DNA of 63,551 nt, counting the filler, from Bigelowiella natans CCMP2755 (Eukaryota > Protista > Cercozoa), in assembly GCA_000320545.1 (NCBI GenBank). It is 5 parts of 5 records of this genome, joined end to end, with 100 filler letters (N's around TTAATTAATTAA, not from the genome) between each part and the next. Parts side by side here need not be neighbours in the genome. Positions count along the whole stretch, not along the records: positions 15,620 to 40,178 come from ADNK01001338.1; positions 40,279 to 55,593 come from ADNK01000192.1; 3 more parts are not named here. One strand, written 5' to 3'. Below, piece after piece: positions 29,923 to 44,735 of this stretch (its first letter is position 1; each line of letters begins with the position of its first letter). Below the pieces are notes generated by a model, which searched no databases, had not been told where the DNA came from, and saw only the letters and a list, made by a program, of their open reading frames with translations. The translations under genes and the position numbers were made by a program.

Positions 29923-31175
29923 GTTTGCTTCCCCAACACAGAGCGTGACGTTGCCTTGACATCCCTTGTCGTCCTATTTTACAGTTGGAACCACTCGTGC
30001 GGCAACTTGTCTTCCCAGACCTTCATGCACATAGGGTAATAATAACAACAAGAACATCATCAGCAGCAGCAGCAACAACAAAAAGAAGGACAAATAATAC
30101 AAAGAAAGCGAAAGATACTTATTTCCAACACAATACTTGAGACATACACCGAGAGGCCAAGCGGAATAGTGGCAGTATGCAGCAGCGTGGCTCTTGAGCG
30201 CCTCTCGATATTGATTCGATGATCATCATTAACTTACTTTGATTCTCGATTATCAGATACACCGGCACCCAGATATGCTGCGATCCCTCCACCGGCATCT
30301 TCACGATACTCCTCACCAACCGGGTCTACCCCACAGACCAAAACCATATGATCAGTGCGGTGAGGCAGGAATGGAACGACGCTGTAATGCAAGCCGTGTC
30401 GCCGGTGGAGACGAGAGACGAAAATGGTGGTCACGATGCCCCCCATGGGACCGGTCATCACGACAGCGATGATGGTGACGACAGAGGAGGTGGTCGTGTG
30501 AGAATTGGGCTGGAGGTTCTCAGGGACGAGGGCTTTTCCGAGCTATTGAAGAAGGGGAGGCGCATTGCGGCACTTGTAGACCCAACCAGCGTCTTCCCCG
30601 ACAGCCTGGAGCACGTGGTCGATGCACTCGCGAAGATGAATGTTACAAGAAGGGAGCGGCAGGCACGCGGGAAAGGAGCTATAGCCTCTTCCTCTGTTCC
30701 TTATTCTCACTCCTCCTCTCCCATCGTGGGGGTGTTGGCTCCAGAGCACGGTTTCAGGGGCGACCGACAGGCGGAGCACGGCGATCCCGCTCATTACGTC
30801 GACAATGCAACCGGCCTTGACGTGTTCTCCATCTATCGTAAAAGCGCAAAGGAGATACGGGAGATAGTCCAAGGACAGCTCGGGGCGACCACTGTTCTTG
30901 TAGATCTGCAGGATGTAGGCGTGCGTCTGTACACGTTCATATGGACATTCTACGACTTGCTCGAGGCACTCGCACCTTTGTCTCAGAGTGCTGCTGCTGA
31001 CGACAAGGAGAATGTCGCAGTCTCTGTTATTGTGTGTGACCGCCCAAACCCACTCGGTGGCCAGGTTGTTGAAGGCCCAGTATTGGACTTATCTGATCCT
31101 TCTTTTAAGTCTCGTTACGGCAAGTTGGCAGGCATACCACACCGCCACGGTTGTAGCCTAAGAGTTACACACACA

Positions 31176-31231
<56 letters not shown>

Positions 31232-32159
31232 CATAATATGTATTCTAAATATTAATATCACTCGGTCTTGCTTGAGGATCATCATAAGGGCGATTCTGGG
31301 TTGATTCTGGATTGGTGCTTCCAAAATTTGCAACTCCAACATTAATCATCGAGATGACCTTGTGCGCTTTAGCAACCCTACCATTTGCTGCTCGCCTTTC
31401 TTCTTATTGGTTCTCCCTCTCCCCCTTATTTTTGTTTCTCCGATAGGAATGACGTTTGGTGAGATGGCGCTGATGTTCGCGCAGCATGTCCAATTCAACC
31501 CAAAGCACCTTAAGGTAATTGCGATGCAAGGAGGATATCGACGCAGTATGGGTTGGCGTGACACGAAACTCCCATGGGTTCCGCCATCTCCAAACCTCCC
31601 CACACCCGCTTCGGTCGCAGCCTACACGGCAACTGTCTTTCTCGAGGCGACGACGGCCTGGGAGGGTCGGGGGACGACAGCTCCCTTCCAGACTTTCGGG
31701 GCCCCGTTCCTTACCTCTTCACAGAGGCTTGCCGGCCTTTTGAACTCCAGTCCTATCACGTGCTCAGAGGGTGTACAACAAGGAGAGATGAAGAAGAAGT
31801 GCTTTCGTGCTGCGGCTTATAATCCAACCTTTTTCAAGTATAACGGTACCATAGTTCCGGGAGTGCAGTGGGTGCAAAGGCCGGGGGAAGGCGATAAGAT
31901 ACTTGGACCAAGCTTTGCGATGGCGATTGAGATCTTAAAGTCTATGCAGCGTCTCGATGTCAAGGGCGGATTTGAGTTTGATGGAAGTTGGTTCGGAACT
32001 CCTGGACCAAGACTATTTGATTTGTATGCTGGGACATCTCGTCTTCGAGAGTTTCTGGAAGATGAGAAAGATATTCCAACGTCCGAGATCGTTCATAAAT
32101 TCGAATTTGAAGCGAAACAGTTTGAGCAGTTTAGGCAAGCTTATCTACTCTATCCATAG
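27853..32159 (+). CDS. Secreted fusion: beta-lactamase-fold serine hydrolase (AmiE/esterase-like) + exo-beta-N-acetylmuramidase NamZ (DUF1343)
   Basis: Hydrophobic N-terminus (VSVVLFILLLASSCCFA), then FPGA, FDLASLTK (SxxK), LLTHTAG, YVYSD, GIAGHAGVF, HIGYTGT and LLTNRVYP. One exon continues in frame into VRIGLEVL, APEHGFRG, DLQDVGVRLYTF, DRPNPLGG, RHG|MTFGE, WVPPSPNLP, EGRGTTAPF and F...RQAYLLYP*. Confidence 0.9.
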
Positions 32160-33047
32160 TTTTTGCGTCACTGCGATTGGATAGTTCCACATGCAGACAA
32201 CATGGGGTAAAATCAATGTGTATGAACAGATTGGTGAGAGCAAAAGATGACTGGTTTCTAGTACGTTCAATCCAAGTCGAGAAGTTGTGTATTTAAGCTA
32301 ATGAGCCTTCCAACAAATAACATTGTGTGTTGACCTGGACACCTTAATACGACTATCCTCATCTAGACATACGTGATGTGCACATTGTGTGTGTATGCGA
32401 TGCATGTTGCAACTTGCTCATGACAACACTGTCAGCACTGAATAACATGTGCGAGCAGTAGCATGCTAGCACGCGCAATGCAACAGTCTATACATAGACG
32501 GTAGTACACATAGTTACGATATGAATGCTTACACGCGCGCGTGAGCATGTGTGTGTGTGTGTGTTTATGAGACTGTGTGATGCCGTCCACTCAGCTGAAT
32601 ATTAGATATGACACATGCTATGTTAGGTTGGTTATAGATGGGGTGGAGTGAAAGAGGAACGTATACGTGGCCATAAATTTAGATATAAATCGAATGCGAA
32701 CAAAAATACATGCGGCAGTACGTATCATAATCTCAACTACAACTCTATCTTGATGAAATTTCAATATTGCAATGTACATATACAAGCATTAGTCGTACGT
32801 GCGTTGGCACTTTCTGTACAAAATTAATCCCATGATGGCCACGGTACATGACCATGTTTATAATCAGGAGGCCTTTATCTGAGTTTTTCGCATGAGAGCT
32901 TTTTCGACAATAAACTTTCCCTCTTTGTACTTTTGACTCTCCTCGTAAGCCTGAGAATCCACGAAAATATCAAGTAATCGAAGAAGAAGACGGTAAATTT
33001 TGAGTACCTCCTTGTAGTACCAACCGACATGTGAATTGCAAGAAATA

Positions 33048-35505
33048 CAGTAAATATCATTGACGGAATGAAGCCCAGTTGTGAAGATTCGCTCCTCCAG
33101 CGGGCCGTAAGTTAAATTTACAACTATAATAGAATCATAGTGAATTACACAGTTTTTTTGCTATACATGGTACTTTGTTCTTATGTTATGCTTTTTGTTG
33201 TACTTCTTGAATGATATCACACCTTTATCGAAGAGATAAGCTCTTCCAGTTCTACCATGGAAGGACGTAGAGATGAGGTGATCCTGGAGAGAGAGGTGCG
33301 TCGAGCATTGCGAGCAAGTGTACAGGCAATTTCCCTATTATTTATTGAGCCCGGAAGAATTTATTCATGTACCAGATCAATTTCAATGCAGATAGCTTTA
33401 GTACCTCTAAGTAGGTCTTATAGATGCGTCCCATGTAGCCTTTCTCACTTATCTCTCTTCCGCACTTCGCTCCTTACTAACGTTGCCTCTTTTCCTTCCT
33501 TCTCGAGATGTACGAAATGGGGGTGACTGTCGAAGCAAGTTCGGGTGCAAAAAATCTCCTCCAATTATCTCAGTTATCTTCTCAATTTGCACAATTTTGT
33601 TGTCGCAGAACAAAAAACCAACTCTGACATCGTTCGATACTCTCACGAATTATTTCCAGAAAATGATAGACGTAGTACTAAAATAGCAAGGATTTCATAG
33701 GATTTCTGACCATTTCTCTGGCTCTGTTGCTCTCCCGTAAAATATGACACGTGCGTGCTGTACAAGCTGCATATAAGACCAGGTGCGAGTCAAATAGTGA
33801 TCTGTTCCTTGCGGATTTTGATGAGTTTTGGAAAGTATTCGTGTCGCAGAATATGGAAGGATGCTGTTTTACCCCTTTTTTTAAAAAGTCAGCTTCGTTT
33901 GGCGTGCAGCGTGCCGAACAGTCAATTCCCGTCCCCCGCGTATCCACGAAGCCGCAAAAACTGTCACTGCTTCGATCAACGCACTGTGCTGTTCAAGTAC
34001 GCTGTCATCTGTTAAATTTGTTTGATTTTGACCAGTGCAGACCCCCCTGTTTATATCGCAAAAGATGCAAAACCGATCGAGCATAGGCGATATTGAGCAA
34101 TCGACCCCGAACATGGCAAATGAAGCAGACGATACCATGCCAGTTCTCCGGTTGGGCTCAGATGTGAAGATTAGTTCCCAAGATAGCATACACCAACCTG
34201 ATATAAGTAACAATCATGGACCACCAGAGATCGAAACTGCAGACGAAGTACCTCCATGCCTATCCCGCTACTTGTCAAACACAGCTGAGGAAAAGGAGAT
34301 TCGGCGACTCGGGTGCCTAAATGACCTCTTCCAAATTGTCTCATACAATGGCGAAAAGAAGAAGCAGCGACCTGGGAATCGAATAGAAAATACTCTACGA
34401 GTGAACGATGAGGGCGAGCATATTGCGAAGGTTGAGACCGATCAGCAGCATAAGAAGAGAATCGTAAAATTGACAAAATATCCACATTATCATCATTAGA
34501 CTGGAAAGCACCTCGATTTGGTTCTTAAGTCATCTACACCTGTATATCTTACCCATTTGGGAATATCAGCATCAGGGTACGACGACTAGCAAAGAAGAAA
34601 TTTGATCGCACATGCGCGCTGATAATTACTTACGCAGAGAACAAGATGGCGACTTCGGGAAGAACCTCATCATATTGGCATTCACTTCCGAGAGAGAAAG
34701 GCCCGAGTAAGGAAATCGGCGTTTCTTTGTATAGCTTCACGTTGCGTTATCTCATGAGCATTTTCACTATTCAGTATAAAGGAATATGTCAGTGCGTATA
34801 AGAAGCTGAAGGAATTCAAGCAATTTTGGAAGATGAAGAAAAGGTCTCACCACCACCACCACCACCACCACCACCACCGCCTTATACAATATTAGCACTA
34901 ATTGATAGCAAAAGAAACGATCTACGAATCTGTTATTTCCACATACAGGCCTGGAAACCCTGTTGGATGCTTTCAAACCGACCCGAGAACCTATGAAGGC
35001 GCTCTCGAGGTGCCACTCGTCTCGCGCATCGATGTTGGTGCATTCACTGCTTCTCTTCATAATGGTAACAATTGTACAGGTGCCGAGGAAAAGAAGGAGC
35101 ACACCGATCCAATACCTACACATTCGGATCTGCAACCGCTGGTAGGCACGAGAGCATTCGTAAGCTGCCTGGTTCCATGTAAGATGCTGTGCAAGTGCTT
35201 TGGGGTTGTGATTTTCTGTATTATATCATGGTCATCAGGGACCGAGTTAAGATCAAAAAGGTCGTAAGCACCACGAAGAGAAAGCGACACCCTCGTCTCG
35301 ATTTGGATCTTCTTGAATCAATCACGATGCGGGGGTGTGCATATGTGATGATTCGCCGAATCACTCAGCCCTTTCCTTGATTTTCTTAGTTGGTTCTTGT
35401 TGGCCTGGAGGAAGAGGAGCTTTCGGCAGAGGACGTGGAACTGTGCTTGAAGTACGAGAAGTTTCCTCTGGTGAATATTAGTAGGCAGTCGTTCTCAGCC
35501 TTTTT

Positions 35506-35543
<38 letters not shown>

Positions 35544-35838
35544 TTATCCTTCATACTGTTTAACTTTTTAACTTATCACGAACGAACGAACGATCAAAAA
35601 AATTCGCTAGAAATCACAAGATTGCAGCTAGAAGTGCAATGTCATGTTGGTAGTGGCTGTGGGTGTTATTCTCTTCCTTTCAAAAGCAGCAGCTCTCTCC
35701 CTCTCTCAATCTCTCTCTCTCTCTTTCTATTTCTGTTTTCCTCTTTTGACAGATCAAGACGGATATCCACAAGGCCTACAGCCTGCCTACCCTTCCAGGC
35801 CACCAGATCGTAAGGAACTCATGGAAGGACAGATTTGA
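33048..35838 (+). CDS. Hypothetical multi-exon protein
   Basis: Several GT-AG-flanked open segments (e.g. 34035-34480, 34500-34576, 35752-35838). No recognisable family; boundaries uncertain. Confidence 0.3.
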
Positions 35839-36147
35839 ACAGATCTTTACGGAGGTCGTTGCTCTCCAGCTTCACGTTGATGGCACGATAGACAACAGGA
35901 AATTTGTCTTCGGTTAGCCCTTCCTGACTATGAGCTCGCTGTAACGACTGTCTTCTTATCTTCGCTTGATTCTGCCATTCCAGGAGAGTTACTACTGAAC
36001 GATGCCAATAACAAGCGCGTGGCTCATCGGTGAGAGAATGTACAAGGGAGCAAAACTGTGAATGGGGGCTTTTCCTGCTCGACCTCCCACAAGACCAAGA
36101 TGCCAATGAGATTTTGTCATTTACTGTGATTTATATCCAGCCCTTGA

Positions 36148-36189
<42 letters not shown>

Positions 36190-37616
36190 GTACATGTCCT
36201 TATATTTTCATGCTGCTTGATAACTTTCTGCGAGCAGTAGATAAACACGTAACTTGAAGTCTTGCTTTGTTTCCCCACCTTTCCCAAAGTGCTGATCTCT
36301 TTACCACACCGCTGCGGGCCTGTATTCTCTCAGGACTCTGCAAAACATACTAGAAACGAAGAAGACGAGAACATTGCACGAGGATGATGATCTCGTCAGG
36401 CTGCATCGCCCAGGAATGCGGTACATCCTCAAATGCGGGTGAGTCTTCGCAGCTTGCTCGGCGGTGCTTAGGCGCCGAAGTTAGTAGTGGTGATCATCGA
36501 TGATAATTACGATTGAAAGAGACCTGATGACAGAAAACAACAGATGTTTCCCGCTGATGAATCTCCAAAAGTCAATCATGACTTTTTCTGGAAAAACACT
36601 GACCCCTACACATTTACCGCGCGCGTTATTCTGTACATCCTGCTGTAGTGGGGCTGGGCGGAAGCAGAGAGCGGCCCAGGTGCCGTTGGAAGTCCACGTG
36701 AGCATTCTGACTGGAGACCCCCAGGCAGCGGTCGCTACCACACAAAATAATAACAAGAAGAAGATAAAGAAGAAGAGCACAGATAATAATGATAATCATA
36801 ATAATAATAATAATAATGAATGACGAAAATAATTGATGGTAAACATCCAGGGTAAAATTGGGCCATCATTAATGTTTGCCAGGACCCCCCCCCCCCCCCC
36901 CCCCTACCCTCCTCTATCTCCTGCTGCCATTTCACTTTGACTCGCTTTTAACGCCCTCCTCCTCTTTCGAAGGTGGATGCCGTGGTTGAGAGGACTGTGA
37001 AGGTGTTCGAGCTGTCGCTCTTTGATGATCCTGGAGAGGTGAGTATGTAGAATAGTATTGGCTGTATTAGTAGCAGCAGTAGCAGCAGTAAGTAACAGCA
37101 GGGAAAAAGTGCCTTCACTATTAGAAATTCTCTTTGTCCCTTTCATTCCTGTTATAGAGTATGCTGCTGATGTGAGGTGGCCATCGAAAAAATGCACAAT
37201 ACCTAACAATACTACTACCCCCATCCTCTGTCATATCTTGAGGGAAAAGCGAAGTGAGGAGGAGGAGGAGGAGGAAAACGAAGAAGAAGAAGAAGAAGAA
37301 GAAGAAGAAGAAGAAGAAGAAATGGGGGAAGAAGAATATTTCGAAGCATTACTCAGTTTTATGTGTTGATAGCCCTATCATGAGAGGAAACTAGCCAAAA
37401 AACAAATTTTTAGAGTGAGTGGTCTTTGTAGTGATCTGAAACGGTTTTCCTTGTTCTCAACTCCCCCCCTCCCTCCTCCTCTTCCTCTCTCCATAGGCTG
37501 CCGCTGTGCTCTTCATACGAGATAAGGATGATTATAAACAAGTCGAAGCAGCAATCAATTCCTTCAAGGTGCGTAATAGCGCGCATATTGGCAGAGATAT
37601 GTATGCGTGTGTGTGA

Positions 37617-37672
<56 letters not shown>

Positions 37673-38148
37673 TTGTGTATGTGTTTATGTGTGTTTGTGT
37701 GTCGGCGTTCGTGTATTTGTGTGTGAGCGCACGCACACCAGAAATAGGCAAAATAGTCAACGGCGTTCGCAGACCATAATCTTCGGCATCGCTGCGAATT
37801 GTCACCGCGGCCATATTCTTCGCAACTTGTATTTCTCTCGTCGACATCATCACGCACCGCCATGGGATGATCATCATCGTAGTATAACCCGACTAACCCC
37901 CATCAATCAGAGGGCCTCCACGAGGGGTCCCGACGGGCTGGCCTACTGCATTGCATACAAGCGCAAGCTAGATCGCGACGAGCTGGTTCGTGAGCGGCAG
38001 AAAAACACAGCCGACACAATGAGCATAGCCAGAGATGAGAGCAGTACAAATAACAGCGCTAGAACGGCAAAGAACACACTTGAATGAATAGGGATTGACC
38101 CCTTCTCACTCACCGCACGATCTCCTTCGCGTGCGGAAAGTAATCGTT

Positions 38149-38181
<33 letters not shown>

Positions 38182-38562
38182 GTCAGATATCTGTAGAGAG
38201 ATTCCTTCGGTCAGAAGAGTTGGCTTCAAAGCGTGTTGTCGTTGGGATCATCCAGGTTAATATACACATATGTTCACAGTTAGACATGATTATATTCAAA
38301 ACAGCACCGGAATCGAGCCAGCTGTGTTGTTTGATTCAGTTTTTTCACCTTGCTCCGCATCCACCTCCTATTAACCTAATAACACCATTTTGAATGGGAG
38401 AGAAAATTCGAGTACACTGCAACCTTCCCTTTTTTATAGGCCAAGCAAGATCGGGAGGGGAACGCGTACGAAGAACATTTCATCTATCAAGACGACTCCG
38501 GTAGTAGCTTTAGTCTGGTGATGTGGATTATCTGCACTTTTCCATTCTCCCCTCTTTTCTCT

Positions 38563-38656
<94 letters not shown>

Positions 38657-40095
38657 GTATAAAATACAGAAATATTACAAACGTGCATATTAATTGTGTT
38701 GTGTCCTTGTTTTTCCGCTGTAGCGCATTTTGTGAATAGAACGCACCACACGCCAGTTGAGTTGCCCCCAGAGTTGGATATCACCTCTGCAGAGATGTTC
38801 ACGGGCTGTGCAATAATCAGGCACAAGGGAGGGGGGGGGCGGAGAAAGGGGTATTTGGCTTTACTGCATAGCACGACAATGATGATGACGATCATGATGA
38901 TGGTTGATTATTGATAATGAGGATGATGAGGACGTTTAAAGAGATGCTGCTACTAGCAGTTCTCTGAAGAAAGGAGGTTTCTTTGTGATGATGGCGGGGA
39001 AAGGAACAAGACCTTTCTCGTGTTGACAACCCCAAGAAAAGGCGATATATCGAATCTATACGGTGGAATGTCAAAAGACCTGTCATAGTAGAGAGAAGAC
39101 ATAGAGAGAGGGGGGGGGGGGGAGGAAAAGAGAAGGATTTACACACAAAAATGAAGTAAGTGCATGTGTGCGTGTTTGAGACTTTCAGCACTGTTGATTC
39201 CCTCCTGCAACCCGACTCGTGACGGTCGTTGTATCGGTATATGACAAGACGTAACCATCATTCGCATCGATGACGCTGATGCGCGTCTCATGGAGCAGCC
39301 ATTGTTTAGGTGCGGCACACAACCACCACGCAAATAAACAAGTGGATACTAATAGATAAATGAGCAAAAATGACAAGACGGCATAAAATTGGATGTTTCT
39401 TCCGGCAGCGACTCAGCGGGTATTCGAATCCGATTTTGAGATAACTCTTCTACGCTGTACCAACGGCTGTTGTGTGTATGGTGAAGTGCGCGATGGGTGT
39501 GATATGCGCGTTACATTATGCCTGTGAGGGGCCTCCAGAGCAACGGGTTGACCCCCCCTGCAGACAGACAGCAGAAGGAAGAAACAATCGCACAAAAAGG
39601 AAGGGATCCGACGATTATGACCGTTCAGTCCACACTATCACCCAGCCCCATACCGTCCTGCTTACAGTAACGCAGTGCTCTTACCCGTGTAGATGACAGG
39701 AAATGGCGACGCAATGCCAGCAACTTGGCCATTGATGCGTATCTTGAAAGAGGAGGAGGGGGAGGAGGAGGGGGGGGAAGATCAATGCGTCGTTCGTCGC
39801 ACGAACTTGAATTCGGGTTCTTCGCGATATATTGTAGTTATTTATTGAAAGTATCAGGTCGTGAGTCGCAATGACTAGCACCATCTTTGCCATTTTAACG
39901 ACAACAATAACAACAAGATATAAGCAAACTACTTGCAGCTGCCGATGCGAGCCTGCTCCGCAAACTCCGCCAGTGCCTTTTGTTTTGGTGTTATTACGCG
40001 TATGAGATAGAGAGGTGTATCGGCGTAAGTGCTGCAAAGTTTATTTTTTTAATACTCGCATTACAACAAATTTTACCATCGAGGCTATTGATAAA

Positions 40096-40149
<54 letters not shown>

Positions 40150-40380
40150 ATAATAATATATATATATATACTATAAAGNNNNNNNNNNNNNNNNNNNNNN
40201 NNNNNNNNNNNNNNNNNNNNNNTTAATTAATTAANNNNNNNNNNNNNNNNNNNNNNNNNNNNNNNNNNNNNNNNNNNNCTTCCCAGAATATGTGATAGGT
40301 AAGTACGGATGGTGATAGCGATTACAGGCAGCTCGCGTATGTGCTCCTAACCTGGGAAAATCATCGTGAGAGAGCAGCTA

Positions 40381-40425
<45 letters not shown>

Positions 40426-40850
40426 TTATACGATTGATATTTCTCATATTGTAATTTTTTTCACATCGTTTCCTTCCGCCCCCACCCCCCCTCTCAACCT
40501 CCCTTCCTCCTCCCCCTTTACACACAAACTCACACACACATAAACACACACACACACACACCTCCTCGCAGTCCTGCAGCTTCTTTGCCATCTCCGGAAA
40601 CACATAATCTGTGAAGAGCCTGGGAGAGCCCAGAGAGGAGGAGGAGGAGGAAGAGGACCCTGCACAACACAACCCAACACAACACAACACAACACAACAA
40701 GAGAGGAGATGTCAGTAGGCCAAATAGACTTTGCAAGGCAAAGCAGTTTCTGTGTTCTTCAGATTCAACGATCCACTCACGTTTGGAAAGGAAACGAAGG
40801 GCCTCCAGCAGCCGCGTTGTAGCTCGAATTGCTGCACACCTGAGTGTGCG

Positions 40851-40893
<43 letters not shown>

Positions 40894-41825
40894 GTGCGTG
40901 TGTGCGTGTGTGTGTTGTAAGAAAGAGAAAGAGAAAGAGAGAGAGAGAGAGAACAGCGTTGAAGCAACCAACAATTGTAAGCTTTTAATATGAAGAAAGA
41001 TATGCAGAGATCATAAGCAGGGCGGAAAGAGAGATCTTTCAACCCACTCACTGTTGCTTTCAGACAGTTATCGAGCGGTCTTCTCGTTGTATGATAACAA
41101 TCATTATTTAATACCTCACAGAAGGATCAGCGTCCTTCGTTAGCGTAATGAGCACTGGTAGACCGACCTACTCGACGTACACCGTATCGCTGTTAATGCA
41201 TCGTCTCTCTTCTTTCTTTTGTGGGAATGATGATGACAACGATGATGATGATGGTGGTGGTGTTGATGATGATGATGTGTCGTCTCTCTCCTCCTTGTAC
41301 TCATCATTCTTTTTTCCCCATTCCTTTTCGTCTCCTTCCCCCTTCTTCACACAAGTCACCTCGACGATGAGGTTAGCCGGCAGGTGCGGGGAGAGGGCCA
41401 TCAGCAGTCGCAGACCCACACACTGATGGTTGATGATGATGATGATGATGACGACGACGATGATGATACGGTGTATGTGCATATATATGTATGTGTATGT
41501 ATTGATATGTATATGTATTCATACGTTCATCCATCAATCATGCCAAATTGCTACAAGTCACAATCATCAGGCTGATGTTCCAAAGAAGCCCAACTCTATG
41601 CATACAAATGAGAGGGCTGTCATTCTGTAATACTCACCCTTGATTTGGGCCAAACTGTGAGAGGCAATGTCGCAAATACAACTGTAGCTATAATCCCAAT
41701 GGCCGAGGCCGCCTCGCGCCCCCCCCCCTTCTTTCCCTCCGGAATGGTGGATGGGAGCTTTGAGAGCAGCCGCATTCGTCGAGATGGTAGATCCGCCACC
41801 GCCCCGCTGCTAAGGTCTCTGTAGT

Positions 41826-41876
<51 letters not shown>

Positions 41877-41891
41877 TATCCACGCATTAGT

Positions 41892-41941
<50 letters not shown>

Positions 41942-42366
41942 GTGAAATAGGGATAATACAGTATCTAACTCTCCCCCTTCTTCTTCTTCTTCTTCTTCTT
42001 CTTCTTCTTCTTCTCGTTGAGTCAATACAACTTACAGTCCGGTGATGTATGCAATGGTGCTCTCCAGAAGGCCTAACGATTCCCCTGTTTGATAGGTATT
42101 TCAAAGCACAACGACACACAACACACACGCACACATGTTCTTGCATTATATTGACTCGCTCAAGTGCTGCTGCTTCTGCTGCTGCTGATGATGATGATGA
42201 TGAGGATGATACGATGTTCATAATGTGTTGTTGTTTGAGAAACACACCAAGGGATGTGGTAGCGACATCATCTCCAATTGCCAGCTCTTTGAGGATTGTC
42301 CTCGACTGCATACGTAATATATAGATTGTAATCGATACAACAAGTGATACTCACATATAAAATACA

Positions 42367-42402
<36 letters not shown>

Positions 42403-42524
42403 GAGAGAGAGAAAGAGAGAGGGGGAGAGAAAAAACACGCACGCGCGCACGCCAACTCAATTCACCTGAGCAGCGAAGTAGAGCAGCCTTGCATCACCAT
42501 CGCCGAGGCCAGGTAGCAATAGGC

Positions 42525-42578
<54 letters not shown>

Positions 42579-43542
42579 AATTAAATATGTAAGTGAGAGT
42601 GAGAGTGAGAGTGTGAGAGAGAGAGAGGTAGTAGACAAATCATCTTTGGAGAACACCAACACGATAGTACTTATAAGGACTGCTACTGATAAAAAGCAAA
42701 CACGACGGTTTCTTGGACAGAAAGATTCATCTCCTCGAATAACCCCCCTCACCCCATGCCCCCCCCCCCCCCCCCGTCCTCCTCGTCACTCATATACCCT
42801 GACATAAGAGCGAAGAGAAACTGAAAGGAGCGGGGGAAGAGCTTCCCGCACTCTTGCTGGAGGTGGGATTTAGCAGATCCTCTTTGCCCAGGGACGCTCT
42901 TTTATGATGTTCGCAAGCACAACAGCAGCGGCAGCCAGAGTTAACGATGGCGGCGCATCGCATGCAGGTTTAAAGAAGAAGAAGAAGAAGAAGAAGAAGA
43001 AAAAGAAAAAGAAGAAAAAGGAAAAGAAGGATAATCTGATAATTCCCTCCAGAAGTAAGCTTCTCAAGAGGCAGAGAAATGGCTGCTATCTGCAGACGTG
43101 CGCTTGCTGTCATGCAGCTCGAAATTGCTTCTTCTGGGAGAAGTAATGTACATTGAGCATCTGCCGAATCATGCTCTGCACACGTATGTTTGCGACTCGT
43201 TCCAGTTTTTTCCCGGGGTTATAACGTCCCTGTGTACAACGACGAATGGTGGTGATGACGGTGATAGTGATTGTAGTAACAGCTAGGAGAAATACTCATT
43301 TTAAACATGCATATCAGGCTTTGATTTCGTATCCCCTGACTTTCAAGTATTGGAGCATCTGTTCCCGTGTGAATATCACCTCCCCATCCAGATTCAGCTG
43401 ATGTTGTCGCGACGCGCGCACGCCCATTGTGGGAAGGGGGGGGGGGGGGACCAAGTTGAAAGAAAGAAAACAGTGAAGATGACGATAGGAAATGTGGTGA
43501 TGATTATGATGATAATGATGATGTTGATGACAGGATGATGAC

Positions 43543-43577
<35 letters not shown>

Positions 43578-43730
43578 AATGATGATGATGACAAAGGTGT
43601 AGGTAAAAACACTCCTCCTAAACTTTTTAATCAAGCGAAATGGCGTTTCGAAAGACATACACGATACCAACAAGCCAGAGGAAAGGAGGAGGAGGAGGAG
43701 GAGGTGGAGGAGGAGGAGGGAACACACACA

Positions 43731-43781
<51 letters not shown>

Positions 43782-44698
43782 GAGGGAGAGAGTATCACGA
43801 GTGAATCGTACCTCGGCCAGCACACAACCAACAGAGAATATATCAGCCATTTGTCTTTTAATCATCTGCTGCGCTCTGCTGCTAGTGCCTGTGTGCGCCG
43901 AGGAAGTGCGTTTGCCTCCTAGTAGTGTTTGTGCTTATATGCTTTTAGAGTATCACATGTGCCGTCAAATGCGACGGAGAGGAAACGAATGTAACTAGCA
44001 TCTTTCACGCAAAATCCCGACAGTTTTTGCCAGAGAAAAGGGGCAATGGCCGCCGCGAGAGACGCCAATGACGCAGCAGCAGCGGCGCAAAGAAATAGTA
44101 GAGTGGAAAAGCTGTTTCAGCAGTGGAAAGCACGCCGATCATACACGACCGAGAGATGTGTGTGATGGAAGTCTACCGTTACATCTCCTTATTACTTCAC
44201 GCTGACATCAATAAATGCTATATACGCTAGCGAGTCACTTACGATCTTTGCGGCGAGAGCGGAACCGTTCTGGGGCTATGTAGCAGCTATGGAGGGAAGG
44301 AAGAGGGAGGGGAGGGGGGGGATAAGATGATGAAGTACCCAAACCGCACGCACCACGCAATACATAGAGCATTCCTATATCACCGATTGCGCTCCTTTGT
44401 CAGAAACCACGAGTCGTATTCGGCAGGATCATTGGCTGTCAGGAGGTGTGGAAGTGGAGGAGAGATGGGGAGACGATAAGTAATGATAGCGATGTTAAAG
44501 ATTGCAATGGCGAGGATAATTGCAATGGCGAGGCCGCTGAGAATGACGATGATGATGGTGATGATGGTGGTGGTGGTGGTGAATATAATTGCAATGGCGT
44601 CACCGTTGAGAGTAAATGGCTTGTGAGAGGCGAAGTCGCATATCACGACCTGTGCATGGGTTGTAGACCGAAAATACACTCACACACACTCACACATT

Positions 44699-44735
<37 letters not shown>

